Notes: a model not told the origin generated them from the sequence alone. Shown: positions 46,181-55,154, numbered from the stretch's first letter. The stretch is DNA of 64,000 bases from Phycisphaeraceae bacterium (GCA_029260655.1 JAJDCU010000034.1:64582-128581), one strand, 5' to 3'. Numbers and translations: made by a program.

Positions 46181-47043
46181 GAGTGAATCCTTTTTCGTCT
46201 AGCGACAAATTTGAGAAGGCCGACCGCCAGCAGTGATGCCGACGCGGGCTCAGGCACGGGCACAAAGGTGAGTTTCAGATCCACGAAGTGGCCGTCGTTG
46301 TTGACGGCGCGCGACCCGACGCCGGGGTAGTCTTCCGCGGTCATCCCGGGCATAGTGCCAGCGATACCGAATCGGACCGCGGCCTCCTGACCCGGCCCAA
46401 TCGTGTTGTTGCCGAAGGAGTGAGCCATCAGCCGCTGTGAGAAGTTGAGCTGGACCGATGTCGGCCCGACACCGAATACGTAGTTGGTGTTGATCTCGTT
46501 CACGGGCAAATCGACGTTGCCCAACATAAAACCGGTGTCTTCGCTCAAGGCGGCCTGGATCGCGATCGGTCCGCTGGCACCCGGCGTGAAGCTGTACGAC
46601 CCGAGGTGCTGATCAACCACAGCCTGCGATTGGTAGTCGCTGCCGGGGTCATCGACCAGGGTGAGCGCGAACTTGCGCAGTTGGTCGATCTGCATGGTCC
46701 AACTCTCGGCGGGCGCGGCGATGATGTCGAAGTCGATCTGCATCGACAGGTTCGAGATCGTGCTCTGTGTCCCGATCGTGATAAAGGTGTCCGTAGCGGC
46801 GAGGCCCGCCAGCCGCGCCGAAAACGTCGGCATCACGGCCGTGGGATTGCTGGACAGCAATGTGGCGGTGCTGCGCCGTTCCTGCTTGAGGCCGATCACC
46901 GGGTTGTCGACGAACAGATCCGGCGAGCTGAGGTTCGTGACCGTCAGGTTCGCGATGCTTCCGCCGTGTACCGGAGCAGCGCACAGCAGCATGAAGCCGA
47001 GGCCGGCGGCTAGTGCACGGGATGAGTTCAGTGGGTGTTTCAT
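46177..47043 (-). CDS. PEP-CTERM protein (member 8)
   Basis: It has a signal peptide and the C-terminus VPEPASASLLAVGLLKFVARRKR. It overlaps both neighbours by 4 nt. Confidence 0.85.
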   Translation of the reverse strand: MKHPLNSSRALAAGLGFMLLCAAPVHGGSIANLTVTNLSSPDLFVDNPVIGLKQERRSTATLLSSNPTAVMPTFSARLAGLAATDTFITIGTQSTISNLSMQIDFDIIAAPAESWTMQIDQLRKFALTLVDDPGSDYQSQAVVDQHLGSYSFTPGASGPIAIQAALSEDTGFMLGNVDLPVNEINTNYVFGVGPTSVQLNFSQRLMAHSFGNNTIGPGQEAAVRFGIAGTMPGMTAEDYPGVGSRAVNNDGHFVDLKLTFVPVPEPASASLLAVGLLKFVARRKRIHS

Positions 47044-47738
47044 GACTGAGCCCTTCTCCCCCGGATAAGGAAGCCAAGACCACCCAACCCCAGCAGTGCC
47101 GACGACACGGGCTCGGGGACGCGGGTGAAGGTCAGGTCGTCGATGACCGCGAAGCCGCCGGAGATGCGGAACACGGCGATGTCATCGGTGGCACGCAGGA
47201 TCCCGCGGAATGCGCCGTCATTCAGCGCGCCCGGCGTGCTGATCGGCGCAACGGTTGAGATGGTATGGCTCTCCAACAACACCCCGCCGGCGTCGTAGGC
47301 CTCGATGAGCACCGGCCCGAAGCCCGGCGCGTAGTTCATTAACCCACCCACGCCCCGGACCGGCGCGGTGTTGAACACGAACTCCATCGCCAAGGCCAAA
47401 CTCGTCGGCAGGCGGGCGCTGCGGAAGTTTGGATCGCTGGTGCTGTTCCAACTCCCGTTGCCCCCGAGGCTGTGACTGACCGGGCCCACGAACGTGTCGT
47501 TACCGATCCCGAACAGTTCCACGTCCTCACCCGCGACGGCGCTTACCTGCACCGGCACTGCACTCGCGAACGCTACGGATGTGAACTGCTGGAAGTCGAT
47601 GACGGTCGACGGGGCAAGCGGTGCGGCGGTCGTGATCAGCGCCGCGTGTGCGCTCCTCGCGAACAGGGCTCCCGCCATACAGGCCGTGATGGTTGTCTTG
47701 ATCAAGCGTTTCACAAATAAACCTTTCATAAGAAGCAT
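47040..47738 (-). CDS. PEP-CTERM protein (member 9)
   Basis: It has a signal peptide and the C-terminus VPEPVSSALLGLGGLGFLIRGRR. An alternative start lies at 47729. Confidence 0.85.
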   Translation of the reverse strand: MLLMKGLFVKRLIKTTITACMAGALFARSAHAALITTAAPLAPSTVIDFQQFTSVAFASAVPVQVSAVAGEDVELFGIGNDTFVGPVSHSLGGNGSWNSTSDPNFRSARLPTSLALAMEFVFNTAPVRGVGGLMNYAPGFGPVLIEAYDAGGVLLESHTISTVAPISTPGALNDGAFRGILRATDDIAVFRISGGFAVIDDLTFTRVPEPVSSALLGLGGLGFLIRGRRAQS

Positions 47739-47824
47739 GTACTGATTGATGTCTCGTCGCTGGAAGCCACCGGCACACCGTTGAGCGTGCCGGCGCGTGT
47801 AGAAGGGAGGTATGGTTTAGGAGA

Positions 47825-48451
47825 TCAGGGCGCCCCCTTTCGTCTGCCAAGAACCAGCAGAGAGCCGAGGCCTAGTAGTGCCGCGCTCGCTGGCTCGGGT
47901 GTCGGGTATTCCTGGATTCTCAGGATAGGCCCGGTGCCTGGAGCCGGGACGGGGAACACCACGACCTCTTTTTCGATCAAAAGGATGTCGCCGGGCAGTA
48001 CCTGTTGACTGAAGTTGTCCAGCCACAAGTCCGCCGTACCCAGCCCGGTGGGGGTGAACCCTATCAGGCTGCCGTTGATAGAGAGTTTCACACTGAACCA
48101 GGTACTGGACGTGACACCGACCGCGTTGGGGAGGATGTGCTCATGCCAATCCAGCCAGGGCTCGGTCCCGACATTCTGGATGGTCTCGACCATGCTCAGC
48201 AGTTCGCCGGCCGGGTCGTTGACCACAAAGTTCGGGTCGGTGATGCTCTTGAGCCAGGGCGGGCCGTTGGGGTCCAGATCGATCGGGATCGGGTTGACCG
48301 GATCGCCGATCAGCACAATCGGCCCGGGGTCGATCGTGTGGAGGGTGAATGGCCCGGTCGCGGTGCCCTGAGCAAATGCGCTGCTGCACATCGTGAATAA
48401 GGCCAAGGCCAGGGCGGGGACAAGGATCTGTTTGAATTGCTTGATGTTCAT
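47825..48451 (-). CDS. PEP-CTERM protein (member 10, family A)
   Basis: I chose the ATG at 48451 by alignment of its leader (CGAAAGGAACGA..ATG) with the paralog's. The C-terminus is TPEPASAALLGLGSLLVLGRRK. Confidence 0.85.
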   Translation of the reverse strand: MNIKQFKQILVPALALALFTMCSSAFAQGTATGPFTLHTIDPGPIVLIGDPVNPIPIDLDPNGPPWLKSITDPNFVVNDPAGELLSMVETIQNVGTEPWLDWHEHILPNAVGVTSSTWFSVKLSINGSLIGFTPTGLGTADLWLDNFSQQVLPGDILLIEKEVVVFPVPAPGTGPILRIQEYPTPEPASAALLGLGSLLVLGRRKGAP

Positions 48452-48545
48452 GACTCGTTCCTTTCGAATTTCGGGTGTGTTCAATTTGTTTCTAATCCGC
48501 CGGCACGCGGGTCGGCGTACCGACGGGGCTGGTGTTAGTGGAGGT

Positions 48546-49172
48546 TTATCCGACGGCGGCCTTGCGCCTGGCCATGAGAAGCAGCGAGCCGATCCCCATC
48601 ACCGCCGCGCTCGCGGGTTCGGGCGTCGGGTATTCCGAGATCCTCAGCATCGGGCCGCCGGGAATCCCCGAGCCTAAGGGTGGCACGTCGGCCTGCTTTT
48701 GGATGACCAGGATGTCGCCGGGCAGCACCGGCTGACTGAATGTGTCCAGCCACAGGTCCGGTGTGCCCAGGCCCAAGGCGTTGAACCCGATCGAACTGCC
48801 GTTGACAAAGAGGCTCACACTCGACCATGTACTTGCAGGGATACCCGGTTGGGCAGGGGAGATGTGTTCATGCCAATCAAACCAGGGCTCGTTCCCGGCG
48901 TTGACGATGGTTTCCACGATGCCCAGCAGTCCGCCACCGGTGATCAATCCGTTGGGGTCTGTGATGCTCTTGGTCCAGGGCTGCCCGGCGGGGTCCAGGT
49001 CGATCAGGATCGGGCTGGCCGCATCGCCGATGATCACCTCAGGCCCGAGGGTGACGATGTGCGAGGTGAACGGGCCGGTCGCGGTGCCCTGAGCGAAGGC
49101 GGTGCTGCACATCGTGAGCAAGGCCACGGCGAGGACGGGAGTCAGGATCAGTCTTGTGAATGAAGCGTTCAT
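48546..49172 (-). CDS. PEP-CTERM protein (member 11, family A)
   Basis: It is a paralog of members 10 and 14 (AFAQGTATGPFT...EPWFDWHEHI). The C-terminus is TPEPASAAVMGIGSLLLMARRK. Confidence 0.85.
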   Translation of the reverse strand: MNASFTRLILTPVLAVALLTMCSTAFAQGTATGPFTSHIVTLGPEVIIGDAASPILIDLDPAGQPWTKSITDPNGLITGGGLLGIVETIVNAGNEPWFDWHEHISPAQPGIPASTWSSVSLFVNGSSIGFNALGLGTPDLWLDTFSQPVLPGDILVIQKQADVPPLGSGIPGGPMLRISEYPTPEPASAAVMGIGSLLLMARRKAAVG

Positions 49173-49267
49173 GGTTCGTTCCTTTCGAATAACGGGTGTG
49201 TTGCAGATCGTTTCTAATCCGCCGGCACGCGGGTCGGTGCGCCGACGGGGCTGGTGTTAGTCGATAT

Positions 49268-49984
49268 TCATTTAATGGCTGCCTTGCGTCGGGCCATGAG
49301 AAGTAGTGAACCGATCCCAAGCATCGCCGCGCTGGCGGGCTCGGGAACGGCGGCGTGCAGGATCAGCTTGGGCGATTCGCCGGTCATGAGGTTGATGGTC
49401 GCCCCGTCGCCTTCTTTCAGCCACCAGCGCAGGCCGCCGACTACCGCTTCGTTCTGGCCTCTTTGGGAAAAGCTCATAGTCAGATCACTCCCTGAAACCT
49501 GACTTTGCACATAGGAGGTGACGTCGTAGTCGTACAGACCTCCGCAGCACGTCGCGTTGACGCTGTCCAACTCGGTAGAGTCGGCCGCCGGCTGGGTATT
49601 CCAGGTGACCGTGGTTTCCACCCAGCCGTCGTCCGCCCCGAACATGGCTGTCTGATGTGGGAAGCCGGCGAAATTGTCGTAGACTTTCAGGCGAAGCACC
49701 GCGGATGTGATGCCGCTGACCGTGTTGGGCACATCGAACTTATAAAGCTGCCGGCCGATCTGGTTCCCGGTAAAGGCGTTCTGTTGGCCCACGGCACGGT
49801 CGCCAAAGCCAAGGCCCGCAAACCCATCGTCGGAATTGACGTTCGCCATATCGCCGCTGGAAATAAATGCGTCGTCCGTCGGCTCGAGTATCACCGTCAC
49901 CGCGAAACAATCGACTGAGATCGCAACGGCCGAAAGCAAGGCCAGGCAACCGGGGACAGCGTGTATCAGTCTGAACGAATTCAT
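49268..49984 (-). CDS. PEP-CTERM protein (member 12)
   Basis: It has a signal peptide and the C-terminus VPEPASAAMLGIGSLLLMARRK. Confidence 0.85.
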   Translation of the reverse strand: MNSFRLIHAVPGCLALLSAVAISVDCFAVTVILEPTDDAFISSGDMANVNSDDGFAGLGFGDRAVGQQNAFTGNQIGRQLYKFDVPNTVSGITSAVLRLKVYDNFAGFPHQTAMFGADDGWVETTVTWNTQPAADSTELDSVNATCCGGLYDYDVTSYVQSQVSGSDLTMSFSQRGQNEAVVGGLRWWLKEGDGATINLMTGESPKLILHAAVPEPASAAMLGIGSLLLMARRKAAIK

Positions 49985-50030
49985 GGGTTACCTTTCAAGT
50001 GAAAGTCTGAATGCTTGGTAAGTCATCGAT

Positions 50031-50064
50031 CAAAACCACCGGCACACCGGTCGGCACGCCGGCA
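50031..50064 (-). terminator. Hairpin plus short T-run downstream of member 13
   Basis: The minus-strand RNA arms TGCCGGCGTGCCG and CGGTGTGCCGGTG can pair over about 12 bp including G-U pairs, followed by GTTTTG. Confidence 0.45.
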
Positions 50065-50083
50065 GGAGGAATGAGAGTCAGAG

Positions 50084-50827
50084 TTAATCAGAGGCGGCCC
50101 TGCGCCGGACCAGGACCAGCAACGAGCCGATGCCCATCAGCGCCGCGCTCGCCGGCTCGGGGATTGGCGGAGCCGCGATGCTGAAGTTGGCGAAGGTTGA
50201 GACCCTGGTAACAGCCAGCGTGGTCAGGGGCTGGTTATTTTTCATGGCGACAGTGATCACCGGATTGCTCCCGGTGATGCCCGATCCGTCGAACAGGTAG
50301 GTAATACTGGGTGCCACCCCCGAAACAGTCACACCGGGCATCTCAGCCGGAGTGGGGATGCCGTCCAGCGAATCCACGACGGCATAAGGCTCATCCAGAA
50401 AGAACCCAAGCGCCGAAGAACAACTCGTGCAGGTCCCGGTCAGTATGAATTGTTCGAGTGCGCCCGCGCCCATATCCAGGTCGCCGATTCGGAAGATCGA
50501 GCCGACAGGCAGGACGCCGGTAGGCAGGCTCGTAAAGTCGTAGACCGTCGTCCCCGAGGGAGACGTGGTGCCCGCGGGGATCGGGCCGGTCGCGGTGAAT
50601 GTGCCGATCCAGTCCGGGGCCGCCGGCGAGGACCAGGTGCCGGTGAATCCACCCGACACAGTCGCTAACACCGGGTTCACAACACTCCCCGGCGGGATCC
50701 CCGGGTTTGGGCTGGGGATGGGTAAGGGGTCAATACTGGCTGCTAAAGGTTGTGCTTGAATACTCACGCACATGCCCAGCACAGCGATCAAGGCGACAAG
50801 ACAGGGTAGCGTTTTTGACACAGGCAT
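50084..50827 (-). CDS. PEP-CTERM protein (member 13)
   Basis: I chose the internal ATG at 50827 (MPVSKTLPCLVALIAVLGMCVSIQA). The C-terminus is IPEPASAALMGIGSLLVLVRRRAASD. Confidence 0.85.
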   Translation of the reverse strand: MPVSKTLPCLVALIAVLGMCVSIQAQPLAASIDPLPIPSPNPGIPPGSVVNPVLATVSGGFTGTWSSPAAPDWIGTFTATGPIPAGTTSPSGTTVYDFTSLPTGVLPVGSIFRIGDLDMGAGALEQFILTGTCTSCSSALGFFLDEPYAVVDSLDGIPTPAEMPGVTVSGVAPSITYLFDGSGITGSNPVITVAMKNNQPLTTLAVTRVSTFANFSIAAPPIPEPASAALMGIGSLLVLVRRRAASD

Positions 50828-50948
50828 CTCCTTACGATTGATTGGCGTGTCCCCCGAGAGGGCCGGTGAGGTAAACAGGTGCAAACTTGATAGCGGTGCG
50901 TTCATGATTCATTCTTCTTTTCAGGTAAAGCGTTCATGGGTCATCGAT

Positions 50949-50982
50949 CAAAACCACCGGCACACCGGTCGGCGCGCCGGCA
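50949..50982 (-). terminator. Hairpin plus short T-run downstream of member 14 (a copy of 50031-50064)
   Basis: It is the same cassette with one U-G to C-G change in the stem. Confidence 0.45.
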
Positions 50983-51001
50983 GGAGGAATGAGAGTCAGA
51001 G

Positions 51002-51616
51002 TTAATCAGAGGCGGCCCTGCGCCGGGCCAGGACCAGCAACGAGCCGATCCCCAACAGCGCTGCGCTGGCTGGTTCGGGGGTTGGGTATTCCTCGATCCT
51101 CAGCGTGAACAGAGCGGGCGTAGGGGATGCGTCGAGCTGCTTGTGGATTTCCAGGATGTCGCCGGGCAGGACCTGCTGAGTGAATGTGTCCAGCCAAAGG
51201 TTCGCCGTATTCAAACCCACGGCGTTGAACCCAATCGGGTTGCCGTTGATTGACATGTTGACATTCACCCAGATGCCGGGGACCACGCCGGTTGCGTCCG
51301 GGAGGATGTGCTCATGCCAATCAAGCCAAGGCTCGGTCCCGACGTTGATGATCGTCTCAACGATGTCCAGTATCCCGCCGTTGATCATCAGGAGGTTGGG
51401 GTCGATGATGTTCTTGGTCCAAGGCGGGCCGTTGGGGTCCAGGTCGATCGAGAACGGGTTGGTGGGGTCGCCGATGAGCACGATCGGCCCGTTATCGACG
51501 GTGTGTGTGGTCACCGGCCCGGTCGCGGTGCCCTGGGCGAAAGCGGCGCTACACATCGAAAAAACGGCCACGGCGAGGATGGGTGCGAAGAGGCTTCGTG
51601 AGAGTCTTGCGTACAT
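51002..51616 (-). CDS. PEP-CTERM protein (member 14, family A)
   Basis: I chose the internal ATG at 51616 (MYARLSRSLFAPILAVAVFSMCSAAFA). The C-terminus is TPEPASAALLGIGSLLVLARRRAASD. Confidence 0.85.
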   Translation of the reverse strand: MYARLSRSLFAPILAVAVFSMCSAAFAQGTATGPVTTHTVDNGPIVLIGDPTNPFSIDLDPNGPPWTKNIIDPNLLMINGGILDIVETIINVGTEPWLDWHEHILPDATGVVPGIWVNVNMSINGNPIGFNAVGLNTANLWLDTFTQQVLPGDILEIHKQLDASPTPALFTLRIEEYPTPEPASAALLGIGSLLVLARRRAASD

Positions 51617-51796
51617 GGCTTTGTTCCTTTGTGTGAGAGTGCTTTGTTTCGTTTCGTGGACGTCTGTCAGTTCGTCTTGCAAATCCGTCCGCCGCTTTTG
51701 AACGACGGGCGGAGAAGAGAGAGAGTAGGGTCAGATTGAAAAAGAGCGCTTCGGCTCGGCAACAGCGCCAGGCCACCGGTGCTGGTGGGTCATGCC

Positions 51797-51991
51797 TTAA
51801 GCTGCGTGTCCCGCCGTCGGGACGAACGCGGCAGGCAAGATGGCGCTGTGGGTGACAACGTCGGCAAGGGCCCGGCGGTCCAGCTCACGGTCGATCTTCG
51901 GTTTCATATTCGACGGCCCAAGGATGGCTAGCAGGAGGAGTTCTTCGCCGCTTGCCTGACGAAGTGATTTTCGGGTGCTGCTGTTCAACAT
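51797..51991 (-). CDS. Hypothetical small protein
   Basis: 64-aa ORF between the pseudo-receiver gene and the PEP-CTERM array. No motif recognised. Confidence 0.3.
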   Translation of the reverse strand: MLNSSTRKSLRQASGEELLLLAILGPSNMKPKIDRELDRRALADVVTHSAILPAAFVPTAGHAA

Positions 51992-52106
51992 GGCTCGTGC
52001 TCCTTCTCCCCCGGATTCTCCCGGGGATCTTGCAGGGGGTTCTACGGGTTCGGGTTGTGTGTACGATTCAGGTGTTCGTTAGCATTTAGAGTCAGCGGAC
52101 GTGCAA

Positions 52107-52559
52107 TTAGGGCGGCATGTCCTCACCCGTTGCCGGGGGCGGGGCGTGAGGTCCGCCGGGCCCGTCACGCGGGCGCAGCAACTCGATGAACCGGTCGGCT
52201 CGTTCGTAACACCCCGAGGTCTCGATACTCAGATACGCGGTCACCCCCAGGCAACGCGCGTCCTTTTCGATAGAAACGTTTTCCATAGGCCCCAGCACGA
52301 CCACCGGCAGGCCCGGCTCACGCCGGCGTATCGCGGAGATCACCCCCATCATGCTCCCGCAACCTCTGGGTTCGCACGGCCGGCTCAGGTCCACGACCAA
52401 CACGCTCGGGCGATGCATGCGCACCAGCCGAAGTGCGTCGAGGGCAGACGCGACCGGCAACAAGGCTCGTTGGCGATCTCTCGTCGGCGCGGCGATATGA
52501 TTCGCCTCGACAGTGCCGTGCACCAGAGTCAGGATCGGGATGTGTCGCTTACAGATCAT
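52107..52559 (-). CDS. Stand-alone atypical receiver (REC-like) domain protein
   Basis: It has the REC-like layout (...PSVLVVDLSRP...GLPVVVLGP...GVTAYLS). However, it lacks the N-terminal acidic pair, the conserved Thr/Ser and the Lys. Confidence 0.5.
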   Translation of the reverse strand: MICKRHIPILTLVHGTVEANHIAAPTRDRQRALLPVASALDALRLVRMHRPSVLVVDLSRPCEPRGCGSMMGVISAIRRREPGLPVVVLGPMENVSIEKDARCLGVTAYLSIETSGCYERADRFIELLRPRDGPGGPHAPPPATGEDMPP

Positions 52560-52795
52560 CGTTTACTCCGCTTGGCTTGCCGACGTATGTGACGGCACCA
52601 AAGCCATAAGCGAAGCGCGTGCCGCGCAGAAAGTGCGCGCAAAGAAAGTCATAACTCGCGCATCACCAAGACGATCGCATGGCGTGAGCGCAGTTCACAA
52701 TAATCGTCGGTAGCACGACCACGTGGTATGTTTTGTTCCACGTTATTGACAACAAACGCTATAGCGCTAAACACGGGAACAAGTTAAAGCACAAT

Positions 52796-52819
52796 GGAAC
52801 AGTTCGTTCCGGAAGGAAC
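52796..52819. promoter_or_regulatory. Interlocked GGAAC/GTTCC inverted repeats in an AT-rich spacer
   Basis: The sequence is GGAACagttcGTTCCggaaGGAAC. Extra GTTCC (52735-52739) and GGAAC (52776-52780) copies lie nearby. Confidence 0.4.
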
Positions 52820-52912
52820 GGTTTGTACCTATGAAATTATTGCGATGGCGCATGGCGCGGCGCTCGACGTGAGGACCGGCGCACCGTTGGTTCATGGATG
52901 TGAGATTGCGCT

Positions 52913-53935
52913 TCAGCCTGGCCGCGGGCGGGTCAGCGCATTTAGGCCGTGACGGTCGATCATGCGCCGCAGCCGATGACGTTCGACCCCGACCAGCTTG
53001 GCGGCCCGGGTCTGGTTGCCGTTGGCGGCCCGCAGCGCCTTGACGAGAAGATCGCGCTCGGCCTGTGCCAGGGGGACGATGCCCCCGATCGACGTATCCA
53101 CCACGGACTCACTCCCGACGCTTTCGGGCAGGTCTTCCGCTGTGATGGAGGCCCCCCGGCATAGAATAAATGCGTGCTCGACCGCGTTGTTCAACTCGCG
53201 GACATTCCCCGGCCAGCCGTATGAAATCATCCGCTCAATCGCGCAGGCGTCGATCGGCTTGACGGACTCCTCATAGAGCTCAGCCAATTCCGCGACGAAG
53301 TGGGTCGCCAGCGACTCGATATCTTCACCCCTGTCGCGCAGCGGCGCGGTATTCAGCGCAGCAACGTTCATGCGGTAGTACAGGTCCTCACGGAACGTCC
53401 CCTGCCCGACCATCGCCAGCAGGTCCCGGTGCGTCGCGGCGACGATACGGATGTCTACCTCGATCGGCTTTGTTGATCCCACCGGGACGACCGCACGCTC
53501 CTGGATACAGCGGAGCATCTTCGCCTGCGCAGCAAGCGGTAATTCGCCGATCTCATCGAGGAACAGCGTCCCCCCACCGGCCGACCGGATGAACCCAAGC
53601 GTGCTGTGTTGAGCCCCGGTGAACGCGCCGCGGACATGCCCGAACATCTGCGATTCGAAAAGCGTCGGCGGCAATGACGAACAATCGACCGGCACAAACG
53701 GCCCGGCGCTGCGCTTACTCAAGGCGTGGATGTGGCGTGCCACCAGTTCCTTGCCCGTACCGGTCTCCCCTTCGATCAGCACCGTGCACCGCCGATGTGC
53801 GACAGCCTGGACCTGCTCGCGAAGCGTCTGCATCGCCTGGGACTGGCCGATCATCGTCGGCGCAGCACAAGAGCACGACCCGGGCCCTACCGATCGACCG
53901 GTTTGATTCTCCGTCTCCGAGATGTCCGCCCCCAC
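52913..53935 (-). CDS. Sigma-54-dependent transcriptional activator (AAA+ domain plus Fis-type HTH, no N-terminal sensory domain)
   Basis: The motifs are the Walker [15 protein letters not shown], the Walker [41 protein letters not shown] and the C-terminal [23 protein letters not shown]. Confidence 0.9.
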   Translation of the reverse strand: MGADISETENQTGRSVGPGSCSCAAPTMIGQSQAMQTLREQVQAVAHRRCTVLIEGETGTGKELVARHIHALSKRSAGPFVPVDCSSLPPTLFESQMFGHVRGAFTGAQHSTLGFIRSAGGGTLFLDEIGELPLAAQAKMLRCIQERAVVPVGSTKPIEVDIRIVAATHRDLLAMVGQGTFREDLYYRMNVAALNTAPLRDRGEDIESLATHFVAELAELYEESVKPIDACAIERMISYGWPGNVRELNNAVEHAFILCRGASITAEDLPESVGSESVVDTSIGGIVPLAQAERDLLVKALRAANGNQTRAAKLVGVERHRLRRMIDRHGLNALTRPRPG

Positions 53936-54312
53936 ACCCGCCCGGTGCTAATAGGTCTTCAAGTGCCGTGGCACACGCTCGCCGAACAAAACGCGCGCTT
54001 GCGGCGATCTGCCCTCAAAGCCCGTCGTTGCGTGGTTCCACCCACGCGGTCAACATTATACCGGGCTAACCCGCCCGATAGCAAGACTTTTTATCCACTC
54101 TTACGCGGATGGGCGGTCTACTTTCACAAGAGAGCACCCTCTCTTTTCAACAGACCTCACAATAGCCCCCAGAGCGTTTGCATGGCCCTATTCCGCTGCT
54201 TGTGGCCTTCTCGGGATGATTTCTCAGCTTCCTTTTGTGTCGATCTCGCCCCGGACACCGATACGAACATGCCCCCTTGCCGGTCCTTGCAAGCGGCAAC
54301 AACACAAATACA

Positions 54313-54340
54313 CACGACAGGATTTGAACCTGTGACCTAC
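54313..54340 (-). pseudogene. tRNA 3' fragment (T arm plus acceptor 3' strand) matching tRNA-Arg(TCT) at 58446-58473
   Basis: CACGACAGGATTtGAACCTGTGACCTaC matches CACGACAGGATTcGAACCTGTGACCTgC at 26 of 28 positions, in the same orientation. The flanking sequence cannot form an acceptor stem or an anticodon arm. Confidence 0.7.
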
Positions 54341-54437
54341 TAAATAGAAGGCGTAGTGGTTTTCCACTCATCCGACAATTAGACGGCTACTGTCACCAAT
54401 CATGCGGCACGGCGGTTATAGGATCGGTGCGTGTGAT

Positions 54438-55079
54438 TCAGGCGCGGCGTCGCAACGTCAACAGGCTGCCGGCGGCTAACAACGCAAGGGAGGCGGGTTC
54501 GGGGAAGTCGACGGGGCCGGGCACGGGCAGCGGGATCGCTGCCGCGAAGCTGCCGCCATTGACCACGAGGCCGAACAGCTCGACGGGGAGCCTGATTGAT
54601 GAGAACGCCAGGCCGTTGCTGTTTTCACCCGCATTCAGACCCGCGAAGTTCCACACCGCCTGGATGCCCAAGGCGGCCGAGGTCGGGACTTCACCGGCGA
54701 GGTCTGAGAATGAGCCGATGTTGTTGGCTGTCCCACTGGTGTCGTTGATCGACAGCGAGGATATCGCATCCGCGCCCGTGGAGAAGATCTGGAAGGCGTA
54801 GGTCATTTCGCCAGCGGTCGGCGAGTAACCCGCAAAGGAGAAGGCGCCTGGCGCGAAGACGGCCCAGTCAACCGTTCCGCTGAGGTCTGAACCGTTAGTA
54901 AAAGCGGTGGTGCTGGTCCAGGCACCGCCGACGCCTGGTCCGTTGCCATCGTTGAAGGCAGACGCATGGCCGTTTAGTACACCGGCGCTAGCCGACGACC
55001 CAACCGACACAGCACCAATTAGAAAGAACACAAGCGCACCTGGACGTGCAGCCCGCAAGAACCCCGTGATCGGTCCCAT
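54438..55079 (-). CDS. PEP-CTERM protein (member 15, distant family B)
   Basis: It has a signal peptide and the C-terminus FPEPASLALLAAGSLLTLRRRA. Confidence 0.85.
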   Translation of the reverse strand: MGPITGFLRAARPGALVFFLIGAVSVGSSASAGVLNGHASAFNDGNGPGVGGAWTSTTAFTNGSDLSGTVDWAVFAPGAFSFAGYSPTAGEMTYAFQIFSTGADAISSLSINDTSGTANNIGSFSDLAGEVPTSAALGIQAVWNFAGLNAGENSNGLAFSSIRLPVELFGLVVNGGSFAAAIPLPVPGPVDFPEPASLALLAAGSLLTLRRRA

Positions 55080-55124
55080 TGATCCTCTCTCCTCTACCAG
55101 CTTGTTTGATACTAATCTGACCTG

Positions 55125-55154
55125 TGGGTCAGGTCAACAAAAAAATGACCTCGA
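55125..55154 (-). promoter_or_regulatory. Conserved 30-bp element with the AGGTCA-N9-TGACCT palindrome, copy 1
   Basis: It is identical to 56328-56357 and lies 46-75 nt upstream of the member 15 start codon. Confidence 0.55.

Noticed and set aside
51678-51693. Sigma-54 promoter-like sequence GGCGGACGGATTTGCA (minus strand), 62-77 nt upstream of PEP-CTERM member 14. I made similar searches upstream of the other array genes and of the pseudo-receiver.
   Set aside because: The GG-to-GC spacing is 11 nt rather than the invariant 10 nt, and the -24 element is not TGGCAC. No correctly spaced TGGCAC-N5-TTGC was found by eye upstream of any array gene. A PWM scan of both strands would settle the question.
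54290-54400. Possible complete tRNA gene at 54.3 kb.
   Set aside because: Only the T arm and 3' acceptor strand are present. I could not build a 7-bp acceptor stem or a 5-bp anticodon stem with a 7-nt loop from the upstream sequence. I treated it as a fragment or att remnant. tRNAscan-SE should confirm this.
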